DNA of 64,000 bases from an uncultured Gammaproteobacteria bacterium. Lineage in GTDB: Bacteria > Pseudomonadota > Gammaproteobacteria > Steroidobacterales > Steroidobacteraceae. Made by a program: the position numbers and the translations under genes. Below, one piece after another: positions 52,201-62,809 of the stretch (positions are counted from its first letter, which is position 1; each line of letters starts with the position of its first letter). The stretch is from assembly GCA_963817195.1 (NCBI GenBank), contig CAWFNJ010000002.1, forward strand, positions 1,511 through 65,510, read 5' to 3'. The notes beneath the pieces were generated by a model. That model was not told the origin of the DNA. It ran no database searches and saw only the letters and a list, made by a program, of their open reading frames with translations.

Positions 52201-52711
52201 GCTTCGACAGCACCCGGCGGGATGTCGTGCGAGCCCGTCGTCCATTCCGGCACTGTGATCGGTTTGCACACCTGGACGTAGGTTTCAGGGAATTGCATCC
52301 ACAGGCCTGGAATAGCCTGATCTGACCCGCGTCAGTCAGTCAGGTGTACCGAATACGGGAGCTGCGGTGAGGTCGGTCAATTGATGGCTGATCGCCCGCA
52401 CGCCGCGAACGATCTTGGTCGGGTGTCGAGCATGATGCGTGATCAGACATGGCCGTTCGCGGGCAAGGCTCGCGTGTTCGATGCCCTAGCGTTTCCGCCC
52501 AACCGCCTCGGCTCCGTCGGCGCAAGCCGGCGGGGCCTCCCTTTTGCCGGCCGCCGTGGTAGGTCAATCGAGCATGCGAATGCCGTGAATACGAAGATGT
52601 CCCAGGCGATGATTTTCGCGCCCCGTACCGCCCCGTGGCCCTACTCGGGCCAAGGCGGCAAGAAGACTTGGTCCCGACCGCGGGTCCGAAGCAAAGGCGG
52701 AATCGGAACGA

Positions 52712-53275
52712 ATGACCAGCCCAACAGCTGTGCACGGCCTCTCGACCAAGAGCGGCGATCTTACTGGAGACCCGGTGACAGCCGAGATCACCACCCATGT
52801 GGCCGCCCTGCGACGCTACGCGCTGGTTCTGGTGGGCGACCCGCACGAGGCGGACGACCTGGTGCAGGAGGCTCTGACGCGAGTACTGTCGCACATGCGC
52901 GCCTGGCGCCCCGTGCGCGACCTCCGGGCATACCTGTTTACGACCATGCATAACGTCTTCATCAACTCGACCCGCAAGCGGCACAATCGTCGCGACCATG
53001 TGCCGATCGAAGACGTCATGGGGACCCTGTCGTCGCCTGCCACCCAGCCACGGCGGCTGGAATTCCGCGATCTCCTGCAGGGCTTGGCCGCACTGCCCGA
53101 GCAGCAACGCGAGGTGCTGTTGCTTGTTGGTCTCGAGGGGATGAGCTACCTTGAGACTGCGCGGATTCTCGACGTGCCGATTGGAACCGTCATGTCCCGT
53201 CTATCGCGTGGGCGCGAAGCGCTGCGTCAGCTCATGACGCATGGCGCGGTTGCGCGGCTGCGTGTGGTGAAATAG
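52712..53275 (+). CDS. ECF-type RNA polymerase sigma-70 family factor; intact
   Basis: This is a 187-aa ORF with 'LRRYALVLVGDPHEADDLVQEAL' (region 2) and 'LPEQQREVLLLVGLEGMSYLETARILDVPIGTVMSRLSRGREAL' (region 4 HTH). Confidence 0.85.
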   Translation: MTSPTAVHGLSTKSGDLTGDPVTAEITTHVAALRRYALVLVGDPHEADDLVQEALTRVLSHMRAWRPVRDLRAYLFTTMHNVFINSTRKRHNRRDHVPIEDVMGTLSSPATQPRRLEFRDLLQGLAALPEQQREVLLLVGLEGMSYLETARILDVPIGTVMSRLSRGREALRQLMTHGAVARLRVVK

Positions 53276-53277
53276 CC

Positions 53278-54288
53278 ATGACATCGAACGATACCGTTGC
53301 TTCCTTGACCGATCACGATCTGCACGCCTTCGTCGATGGCGAGCTGGATGGGCGGCGCTATCGCCAGATCGTGGCGCATCTCGCCAACGATCAGGCGGCC
53401 GCCGAGCGCGTCAACGGCTACCTGCGACAGCAGGGCGAATTGGCGGCGTTGCGCGAGCAGCTGGCCGACCTCGACCCCGTGGCGGACGAGATGACCGCGG
53501 AGTTGACCCGGCAGTTGGCGGGCTCGATGCGCCATCAGCGCCGCGTGCGCTACGGTGCGATCGCCTCGGCCCTGGCGGCCACGATGCTGATCGGCATGGT
53601 CAGCGTGTGGGGTCCCGACCCGAGCCTGATGGCGCAGCGGCTGGCATTCTCGCGGCAGGTCGCCGAAGCCGGCCCGCAGATGCTGTTCGGGCGGGATCCG
53701 CTCAGCGGGGCGGCCCAGCTCGTGACGGGCGTCAACGGCGATGCTCCGCTCCAGCTCGACGAGCAGCTGGCGGCCTATTCGATCCGCCGACCCGACCTCG
53801 CCGCGCACGGCCTGCGCTTTGTCGGCGGCGATGCGCTCCAGGGCGGCGACTCGCCGGCCATCCGACTGGTGTACGCGGACGACGACGATCATCGGGTGTT
53901 CCTGTTCGTGGGTGCCGTCGGCAGCAGCGCCGACGTGGCGCTGACGGTGGTGCCGGAGGGGCACATCTCGCTGAATTGGCGTCGCGGGCCCTTGGTGTTC
54001 GCGCTCATCGGCCCGAAGGACAGCGAGCAGCTGCTCGAGGTCATGGCATCGACCAGCGAGCTGCTGGCGATTCCGCCGACGGGCGACGGCGCCGATGTTC
54101 CGGCGATGGCGTCGGCACCCTCGATGTCGAACATGGTCGCCACCGACGCCACCGACCCGGTTGCCGTGCAGCAGGCCGACGGCGGGATCGGTCAGGCGAG
54201 TGGTGCGGGCGAAATCATCCAGCCGGAAGGCACCGTTCTTCCGGTCACTCCGGCGATGATCGTCGAGGGCGAATCCAAGCCACTCTGA
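53278..54288 (+). CDS. anti-sigma factor (single-pass membrane protein); intact
   Basis: It starts 2 nt after the sigma gene. The N-terminus is 'LTDHDLHAFVDGELDGRRYRQIVAHLANDQAAAERVNGYL', and the TM helix is 'YGAIASALAATMLIGMVSVWG'. Confidence 0.65.
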   Translation: MTSNDTVASLTDHDLHAFVDGELDGRRYRQIVAHLANDQAAAERVNGYLRQQGELAALREQLADLDPVADEMTAELTRQLAGSMRHQRRVRYGAIASALAATMLIGMVSVWGPDPSLMAQRLAFSRQVAEAGPQMLFGRDPLSGAAQLVTGVNGDAPLQLDEQLAAYSIRRPDLAAHGLRFVGGDALQGGDSPAIRLVYADDDDHRVFLFVGAVGSSADVALTVVPEGHISLNWRRGPLVFALIGPKDSEQLLEVMASTSELLAIPPTGDGADVPAMASAPSMSNMVATDATDPVAVQQADGGIGQASGAGEIIQPEGTVLPVTPAMIVEGESKPL

Positions 54289-54297
54289 CGGCGAGGC

Positions 54298-55363
54298 TCA
54301 GGAAGCGGGTGATGGCTCGGCCAGCAGCTGGTCGAGCCCCACCTGCAACCGCTCCACTTGGTACGCCGGAACCATGAACGCCCAGCCGTCGAGCTTGCGG
54401 GCCAGCGCCGCCGACTGATCTGCAGGCTTGTCCGTGACCGGCGGCTCGCCGAGCGCGCCGGTCACCTTGATGGTCAGCCAATGCTTGGCGGTCTCGCCCT
54501 CGCCCAGGTCGGTCAGGGTGACATCGACCGCACCGCCGGCGAAGGTCTCGAAGCGGACGCGGCGCGCATCCGGCGGGACCGTGAGCTCCGACGCCGGTCG
54601 AACATCGTCCATGGTCAGCCCCGACAGGGCACCGGCGAGCGATTCGACCTTCACCGGGTCGAGCTTGCGGCCCTCCGGCAGGGTTGCGTCGGTGACGAAG
54701 TCGGCCGAGACGTCGGGCCGCGACAAGCGTGCGCGGCCACCCCTCCCGGTGGCTGCACGACCACGCGGGCCACCTGATCCAGCGGCACGTCGACAAGCTC
54801 GCTGCCGATCAGCGTCATGGCATCTGCCGGCAGATCCAGCTCGCCGCCGGCGAGCCAAGCCTGATGGTCGGCGGCCCGGCGCACATAGACGCCACCTCGG
54901 CCGCCACCGTAGAGGGACGGGCTCGCCTTGCCGACCACGGCCGCCGCCAGCGTCGCGCCATCGCCACCGAGCAGCTCGATCAGACGGGACGTGGCGCCAT
55001 CAGCGCCGGGCTCGTCCAGCTCCAGCCGCTCCAGGCGCTTCGGATCAGCGGTCTTGGCCTCGACCAGCTGCAGATTGGCGAGCGCCAGGGCCAGGTCGCG
55101 CACCTTCGCCGGGTCGATCGGATAGTCCCGCCTTTTCAGCCAGGGACCAGCCCTGGTCCGTCGGCCGTCACCGTCAGCTTGCCCGCGGGCATGGTGATGC
55201 GGATCTCGCGGACGTCGTTCAGTCGGTCGAGCAGCCCGGGAAACATGGCCTCGCCGGCTGCTTCGACGCGAAGCGGGGTATCGCGCTGCGACACGGCGTG
55301 CGCCGCCAAGGCGATGCTCGCGACGGTGGCCAGGGCGAGGATGGCGAAGTTCCTGGGCGACAT
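54298..55363 (-). CDS. DUF4340-like protein (accessory component of the GldG/ABC-2 system), frameshifted
   Basis: ORF 55136..55363 gives the anchor 'FAILALATVASIALAAHA'. ORFs 54651..55103 and 54298..54858 hold the body. It is the last gene of the ABC-2/GldG operon, starting 16 nt after the GldG stop. The family call rests mainly on operon position and size. Confidence 0.45.
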
Positions 55364-55379
55364 GTGAAGCTCTCGCGAT

Positions 55380-57256
55380 TCAGGCCGCAGCCTGGTCGAA
55401 ACGACGCCGGTAGCGCGCGCGCCGGAACAGCGCGATCACGATGGCGGCCGCCGCGACCAGGAGCGGCACCGCCGCGATGTTGAGGAAGCGGGTACGGTCA
55501 CGCAGCCGCTCGATGTCCTGGCGCAGGGCGAGCTGGACGTCGCGCAGCTCACGGCGCGTGTCGAGCAGCTGACTGCGGAAGCCGTCGATCTCCTTGCGCT
55601 GGGCCTCGCTGAGCAGGCTCGGGTCGTCGCCTTCGCCGACCCGCAAGGAGCTCAGCTTGCCCTGCAGATCGTTCAGCCGCTGCAGCAGCTCCTGCTCCTT
55701 GGCACGGTACTGCGCCTCGCTGGCGCGCCGGATCTCCGCCACCTTGGTGAACGGCCGCACCGTCACCTCGCGGCCGCGCAGGCTGGTCAGTGCCTCGCTG
55801 CCGACCAGATAGTCCAGGGCGTTGGCGACCAGGTTGGCATTGTCGGCGATCGGGATGGCCACCTGCTGACCCATCATGCTCAGCCAGTTGCGGTCGTCGA
55901 GCAGATCGGTGTCGGCGACGACGATGATCTGGGCGGGGCTCCTGGTCTCGGCCAGATGCGCGGGCTCGGTCACGACGTCCTCGGGCGCCTTGTCGCCGAA
56001 TGCCGACTTGAGCGGCCCGGAAATCCGCGCGGCCATCACCAGCTCCTTGCCGCCCGGCTTGAAGTCGCGGATGAGCGCCATCGGGTCGGGATAGAGCCGT
56101 ACCTTGTCGGCCGGGATCGCCATCGCCTCCCCGCTCGAGCGGATCAGCGGCGTGAAGGTCGTCGTGGCGCCCTCGTGCGTCGCCAGCGCGCCGGCCGTGC
56201 CGAGATTGACCCGATTGAGCTCTGCCGTGACCACCTCGCCTGCGGCCAGATGGCCACGGTCGAGCGACAGCCAGGGCAGATAGTCGACCACCTGCTCGCG
56301 CCCGCCGCTCGGGAACGGACACCTGCCGAGCCGACTGCGGGATCGCCGACGACGGTGTTGGGGTCGAAATCGACGCCCCAGGCGGGGAACAGTTTCTCAA
56401 GGTTGGAGAAGGTGTCGCCCGGCATGCCCGGCTGCTGCTGCCGCATCGCCTGCGCCTCCGAGTGCGGGTCGACGAACACCAGCACCTTGCCGCCGCGCAT
56501 CACGAACTGGTCGATGGCGTAGATCGTCTTCTCGCTCAGCGCCTGCGGATGCACGAGCAGCAGCGCGCCGACGTCCTCGGCGAACCGGTCGATGTCGCCT
56601 TCCTGGACCCGGACCTCGAAGAACTGGTTGAGCTCCTGCATCACCTGCCAGGGCTGGTACTGCATGGCCGGATCGGCATTGAGCGGCAGGCCGGTCACCA
56701 GCGCCACCACCGGCTTGTCGGGGTTGGCGAGGTTGTTGACCATCCGCGTCAGGTCGTACTCGAGGAAGGGCTCGCGCTCGGGCGAAAGCGTCGGCAGGAC
56801 GTCGACGTCGTCGGTGCTGTTGGTGCCGGCGATGCCGAAGATAGCCGGCGCTCGCGCCGCCCTCGAGCGACAGCGGCTCCAGACCGAAGCCGACTGCCCG
56901 GTCCTCCTCGGGCGAGAACGGCTCCGGATCGATGATACTCGACCGCGATCTTGCCGTTCGAGGCCTCGGCATAGCTGCGCAGCAGATCGTGCACCCGATC
57001 GGCGTAGGAGCCGAGGAACGGGTTGGCGTCGCGAAGCGCGCGCGAGACGTAGAAACGCAGCGTGATCGGCTCCGTCGAGCTTGGCCAGCAGCTGCTCGGT
57101 GCCGCTTGACAGCGTGAACTGGCGGTTCTGCGTCAGATCGAGCCGCAGCCCGCGCAGGGCGAGGCTGCCATAGACGTTCAGCGCCACGAACAGGATCACC
57201 GCCAGCACGATGCCCGCGACGGTCAGCTTCTGGCGGTCGAGGTGGAATTGCCCCAT
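55380..57256 (-). CDS. GldG-like ABC-transporter auxiliary protein (ABC-type uncharacterized transport system), frameshifted
   Basis: ORF 56144..57256 starts with the N-terminal TM 'LTVAGIVLAVILFVALNVYGSL'. ORF 55380..56291 holds a coiled coil and the C-terminal TM 'NIAAVPLLVAAAAIVIALF'. This two-TM bracket architecture is typical of GldG. Confidence 0.6.
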
Positions 57257-57271
57257 GCGCTGCTTGGACCT

Positions 57272-58012
57272 TCAGGCCGCCTTCTTGAGGTCGACCAGCA
57301 GCGTGTTGAGGATCAGGCAGACGACGATCAGCGAGGCGAAGAACAGCAGGGTCGCCAGGTCGATCACGCCCTTCATCAGCTGCGCCGAAATGGCTGATGA
57401 AGCTGAACGAGGCCACCGTGTCGACCACCAGCGGCGGCGCCCAGGAGCGAAAGGCCGCGAGCACCAGATCGATGCCGCTCATCAGGAACAGGAAGCACAC
57501 GGCGGCCGCCACCACGAAGGCGATCACCTGGTTCTTGGTCAGCGCCGAGACGCAGGCGCCGATGGCGATGAAGGCGCCCGCCATCACCCAGCTGCCGAGG
57601 TAGGAGGCCAGGATGACGCCGTTGTCCGGCTCGCCCAGCCAGTTGACGGTCAGCCACATCGGGAAGGTGAGCAGGAGCGCGATACCGGCGAAGGCCCAGG
57701 CGGCCAGGAACTTGCCGAGCACGGCCGCGAAGGTCGTGGTCGGCAGCGTCATCAGCAGCTCGATCGTGCCGGTGCGCCGCTCCTCGGCCCACAGCCGCAT
57801 GGCGATCGCCGGGACCAGGAACAGATAGAGCCAGGGGTGGAACAGGAAGAACGGCGCGAGGTCGGCCTGCCCGCGCTCGAAGAAGCCGCCCAGGAAGAAG
57901 GTGAGCGACGCCGGTCAGCGCCAGGAAGATGACGATGAAGACGTAGGCCAGCGGGCGTGGTGAAGTAGGCCTTGAGCTCGCGGGCGAAGATGGTGCGGAC
58001 GGAGTGCAGCAC
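57272..58012 (-). CDS. ABC-2 type transporter permease, frameshifted
   Basis: GTG at 58012. The manual N-terminus is 'VLHSVRTIFARELKAYFTTP'. ORF 56397..57800 has 'MRLWAEERRTGTIELLMTLPTTT' and TM helices. The manual tail is 'LILNTLLVDLKKAA*'. Confidence 0.7.
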
Positions 58013-58025
58013 GGCCCGGCGCTCC

Positions 58026-58977
58026 TCAATGCGCGACGCTGGTGAGGTCGCGAAACACGTCGTCGAGCCGCCCCTGCTCGACCACGATCTCGTCGACCTC
58101 CAAGCCGCTGCGCCGCACCAGCTCGGCGACCTCGTGGCCGATCTCGCCGCCCGGCTCGGGCACCGACGAGCAGGCTGGCAACGCCGTTGACGGCCCCCAC
58201 GACCTCGACCGACCGCACGCCGGGCAGGTCCGCCAGCATCGGCTGCAGCTTGGGCTGCAGGTTCGCGTTCACGGTCAGCCGCACCGCGTTGTGGTGCCGC
58301 GAGCGGCGCTTGAGCTCGTCGGGCTTGGCGTCGGCCACGATCCGGCCGCGCGCGATGATCACGGCCCGGGTGCAGATCGCCTCGACCTCCTCCAGGATGT
58401 GGGTCGAGATCACGATCGCCTTGTCGCCGGCCATCTCGGCGATCAGCTGGCGCACGCCATGCTTCTGGTTGGGGTCCAGACCGTCGGTGGGCTCGTCGAG
58501 CACCAGCACGGGCGGGTCGTGCATGATCGCCTGGGCGAGGCCGACGCGGCGCTTGAAGCCCTTGGAGAGGGTCTCGATCGGGCGGTGCGCCACTTCCTCG
58601 AGCTGCGTCCGCCCGATCGCCGCGTCGATGCGCCGCTTGCCGTCCTCGCCCGTCGAGCCCGCGCATCTCGGCCACGAAGCGCAGGAAGGCCAGCGACGGT
58701 CATGTCGCCGTAGAGCGGGGCACCCTCGGGCAGGTAGCCGACCCGCCGCTTGACCTCGATCGGCTGGCGCACGACGTCGAAGCCCATCACCTGAGGCGCT
58801 GCCGGAGGACGGCGTGATGAAGCCGGTGAGCATGCGCATCGTGGTCGACTTGCCGGCGCCGTTCGGGCCCAGGAAGCCCAGCACCTCGCCGCGGGCCACC
58901 GTGAAGCTGATCTCCTCCACGGCGTGTACGGGGCCGAACCGTTTGGCCAGGCGGTCGAGCCGGACCATCTCGGTCAT
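58026..58977 (-). CDS. ABC transporter ATP-binding protein, frameshifted
   Basis: ORF 57376..59037 has 'MTEMVRLDRLAKRFG', 'GFLGPNGAGKSTTMRML' (Walker A), 'LSKGFKRRVGLAQA' and 'VLVLDEPTDGLDP' (Walker B). Stop reconstructed at 58026-58028. Confidence 0.85.
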
Positions 58978-59163
58978 CGACCGGCAACTCCTGATTTGTT
59001 CTGGCGCCGCGAGCATCATGCGGGCGCACGGCGTCATATTCAGCCCGCGCCGACGTGATCAAGCCCCCACAAGGTGAATTTCGCTCAATGCGGGGCACCG
59101 ACCCTTGGTCGGCGGCCCGGCCTGCGGCAGTCTGCGCTGACCGAGCGCACCAAGGCCACCGGC

Positions 59164-60181
59164 ATGCCACCCGACCAGCCGATCACCACCGTGGAGATGC
59201 ACACCGCGGGCGAGCCCGTCCGGATCGTCACGAGCGGCTACCCGCCGCTGCGTGGGCGCCACCATCCTCGGAAAAGCGCCGCTACGCCCGGGATCATCTG
59301 GACCATCTGCGACGGATGCTGATGGCCGAGCCGCGCGGGCATGCCGACATGTACGGCGCACTGCTGGTCGAGCCCGACCTGCCCGGCGCGCATCTGGCCG
59401 TGCTCTTCCTGCATAACGAGGGCTATTCGACCATGTGCGGCCACGCGGTGATCGCGCTCGGCCGCTTCGCCGTCGAGCGCGGGCTGGTCGCGGTCGCTGC
59501 GAGCCCGAGACCGAGGTGCGCATCCAGTGCCCCTGCGGCCTCGTCACCACCACCGTCGAGGTCGCCGACGGCCGTGCCGGCCGCGTCCGCTTCGCCAGCG
59601 TGCCGGCGTTCGCCTTCGCCCGCGACGCCGTGGTCGTCACCGGCCCGTTCGGGCCGGTCACCTGGACATCGGCTACGGCGGTGCCTTCTACGGCGTGCTG
59701 CCGGCCTCCGCCCTCGGGCTCGACCTGGAGCGCAGCCCGGTCTCGCGGCTGGTGGAGGCGGCGATGGCGATCAAGCATGCCGCCGCCGGCGCAGATTCCC
59801 CTCTCCCACCCCGACAGCCCCGATCTCGCCTACTTCTACGGGGTCATCCTGACCGACGACACGAGCGCCGACCCCGATGCCGCCACGACCAATGTCTGCG
59901 TGTTCGCCGACGGCCAGGTCGACCGCAGCCCGACCGGCTCCGGCGTCACGGCCAGGCTCGCCCTGATGCACCGCCGCCGTGAGGTCGCGACCGGGCAGTC
60001 GCGCCGCTTTCGCAGCATCACCGGCGGCGAGTTCGTCGGCCGGGTGCTGTCCACGACCCGGGCCGGCCCGCATCCGGCCGTGACGGTCGAGGTCGCCGGC
60101 GAGGCCTTCTTCACCGGCGAGGCGGTGTTCCGGCGCGAGCCGGCGGACCCTCTGGGCGGCGGCTTCCTGCTGCGGCGGTGA
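59164..60181 (+). CDS. proline racemase-family enzyme with Cys/Thr catalytic pair (trans-3-hydroxy-L-proline dehydratase type), frameshifted
   Basis: ORF 59074.. has 'MPPDQPITTVEMHTAGEPVRIVTSGYPPL'. ORF 59055.. has 'LFLHNEGYSTMCGHAVIALG' (first catalytic Cys). ORF 59435..60181 has 'FADGQVDRSPTGSGVTARLA', with Thr where racemases and epimerases carry the second Cys. Confidence 0.7.
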
Positions 60182-60236
60182 GCTCAGGAACCCGGGCGCA
60201 TGGGCGGCCGTTGCGCCCCCACAACCGGAGAGAAGC

Positions 60237-60425
60237 ATGATCCCGGCCACGCCGCCGTCCCCACCGACCGAGATCCCGCCACAACCCGGACCCGACATCC
60301 CGCCTCAGCCGCCGGTCGAGCTGCCGGGCCTGCCGGACGAGCCGATCATTCCGCCGCCCGCGCCGGACATCGTCCCCACACCGCCGCCCGACAACGTACC
60401 GCCGCCCGGTCGCGAACCGGCTTAG
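60237..60425 (+). CDS. proline-rich mini-protein (62 aa, about half Pro)
   Basis: ORF 60237..60425 is preceded by 'ggagagaagc' just before the ATG. The sequence is 'MIPATPPSPPTEIPPQPGPDIPPQPPVELPGLPDEPIIPPPAPDIVPTPPPDNVPPPGREPA'. There is no signal peptide and no TM helix. Confidence 0.35.
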   Translation: MIPATPPSPPTEIPPQPGPDIPPQPPVELPGLPDEPIIPPPAPDIVPTPPPDNVPPPGREPA

Positions 60426-60452
60426 GCCGCGGACCGACAGAACTCGATCGCC

Positions 60453-62511
60453 TCAGAGCCGAACGTCGTCCTCGGTCAGGGTCTTGTTGCCGGTGAGCCG
60501 GATCTCGAACTCGGGAGCCAGGTCGCCGTCGGTGGTGGCGCGGACGATGGTGGTCGCCCCCTTGACGTAGCGCACCTCGCCCGGTGCGCCGGTGAAGGCA
60601 GCAGTGCCGCGCCAGACGAAGGGCTGGTCGCCCGGAAGGCTGGGATCCGCGTCGATGCGCGCGAGATCGAGCACGTCCTGGCCCGGCGCGAAGTCGGTGA
60701 TCTGATCGCGACTTGCTCGCGCCCGGCGGGCTGTCCTGAACGGCGTCGAAATCGTAGCTGTCACGCCCGCCGCCGCCGGTGGCGACGTCCCGGCCCCGGC
60801 CGCCCTGGAACGCATTGGCGCCCGCGTCGCCGATGAAGCGGTCGGCCTTGGTCGTGCCGATCGCACCCTCGATGCTGGTGAGCAGGTCGGTCTCGCTGCC
60901 GCGCTTGGCGGTATCCGTGGTGCCGCTCAGATCGACGACGACCCGGGTCGCCGCTGAAGGCGAAGGTGGCGAGATCCACCCCGGTGCCACCGTTCAGCCG
61001 GTTGTTGCCCGGCCCGCCGTCGAGCACGTCGCTGCCGTCGCCGGCGTTCAGGGTGTCGGCGCCGCCCAGGCCCCGCAGCAGGTCGTTGCCGCTTGAGCCC
61101 GAGCCAGCGTGTTGCCGCCGGCGGTGCCGGTGCAGCACGTCGTTGTTGGCGGGGCACCGGTCGAGAGCGGCTGGTTGATCTCGATCGAGCCGATGTCGGG
61201 CAGGCTGCCGGCGGGCTGCGGGCGGGCGCTGGTGCCGAGCTGGCCGACCCTGCTGGCGGCCAGCGGATCGGCGCCGGTGAGCGCGGGATTGGCGACGTCA
61301 TTGCGCAGGGAGACGACGCCGTTGGGATTGAGCAGCCCGCCGCCGGTCGCGGGGTCGATCGTGGCGAAGATAGCGGCTGCCGGCCTGTTCTCGCGGTCGC
61401 CGGCAACGGCGCCTGCGACGTCGCTGCCGAACACGTTGTGGCCGTTGCTGAACGCGATGCGCGGCTCCAGCGATGTCTGGACCTCCCGCGGGCTCACTAC
61501 CGTCGCTGCTGTTGCCGGCGACGATGGCTGTTGCTGATGCTCAACCCGAACCGTAGCGGCGGACGTAGAGGCCACCGCTGGCATGTACGGTGCCAGCAGA
61601 TGCCGTTACCGGTGATCGTGCTGTTGCGAACGAGCAGCGTCCCGGCAAGGCATGATGCCGCCACCGCCGTAGCTGCGCCGCGCGAATTGTTGGCGATCGT
61701 GCTGTCGGAAATGGTGACCTGGCCGCCGGTACTGTCAATGCCGCCGCCATAGGTGGCGTGGTTCTCGGCGATCGTGGTGCGCAGCGACGGTAAGCGAGTG
61801 CCGTTGGCGAGAACGGCCCCGCCCGCATAGGCGCCGTTGTCAGTCAGGCTCGAGTCCTCGATCAGGGCCGTGCTCTCGTATGCTGAGCAAGATGCCGCTC
61901 GCGTATGCGTAGAATGCGCGCCGCCGCTATTCCCGGTAAATTTGCTGCCACGGATCGTCAGCGTCACGATCGCCAGCGGCGGCAATGGCGCCGCCACTCG
62001 CCAAGCAGCTCGATTTCCGTCGAGACGGCCGGCGGCGATGTCGACCCGACTGCCCGCCGTAGCGAAGATGCCGCCGCCATTCCCGATCCTGAAGCCAGCG
62101 CTGTATGCGCCGGACGAGCTTTCGCTGACCGTCACCCGGCTCATGGTGAGATGGCCGCCGCCGAGCAGGATAGCGCCACCGTCCTCATCTGCCCCGGAGC
62201 GGCCATTGGTCAGGGTCAGATCGCGCAGCGTGACGTCTGTGCCGCCGCCAGTGATGTTCAGGATGCGGCTCGTTGGCGTTGCCGTCGATGGTGACGGCGC
62301 TGCCGTCGTCGTTCCGGTCGCCATCGATCGTGAGGTCCCGGGTGATGGCGAGCTCGCCCTGGGTCAGCACCAGCGGCGAGCCGCCCTCGAGATTGAGGGC
62401 AAACCGGATGATGTCGCCAGCGTTGGCCTGCGCCACGGCTTCGCGCAGGCTGACCTTGCCGTCGATCGGATCGATCAGGTCGGCGAGGGTGGTGACGGTG
62501 ATGTAGGCCAT
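60453..62511 (-). CDS. large secreted CSLREA-domain / right-handed beta-helix / RTX calcium-binding repeat protein, frameshifted
   Basis: ORF 62185..62511 has 'MAYITVTTLADLIDPIDGKVSLREAVAQANAGD'. ORF 61497..62324 holds beta-helix repeats ('ILNITGGGTDVTLRDLTLTNG'). ORF 60761.. has 'GGADTLNAGDGSDVLDGGPGNNRLNGGTGVD'. ORF 60453..60866 holds the C-terminus 'DVLDLARIDADPSLPGDQPFVW..'. Confidence 0.7.
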
Positions 62512-62809
62512 GACGTTCGCAACCCCTGATTGTCGTTTACTGTTCCGCTAAGCTAAAGACGTCACGGGCTGATGGTCCAGCATGGATCGGAGACCCGCCG
62601 TATCCCGCTATGCCACAGCGTGAGATCGGTGGCCGACAGGTGCAAGAATGCGTCGGGCACGGGGATCGACCGGCGGTTGCAGGCCCAGGGACGGCCCAGC
62701 GGCCGCGGAAGCGTTGTCCCGCGGCCCGCGCAGCAGCGATAATCTGCTGCAGAAGCAGCTCTTGAGCTCCGTAGACGGATCATCGACTGTTCGTCCGAAG
62801 CACGAGGCG

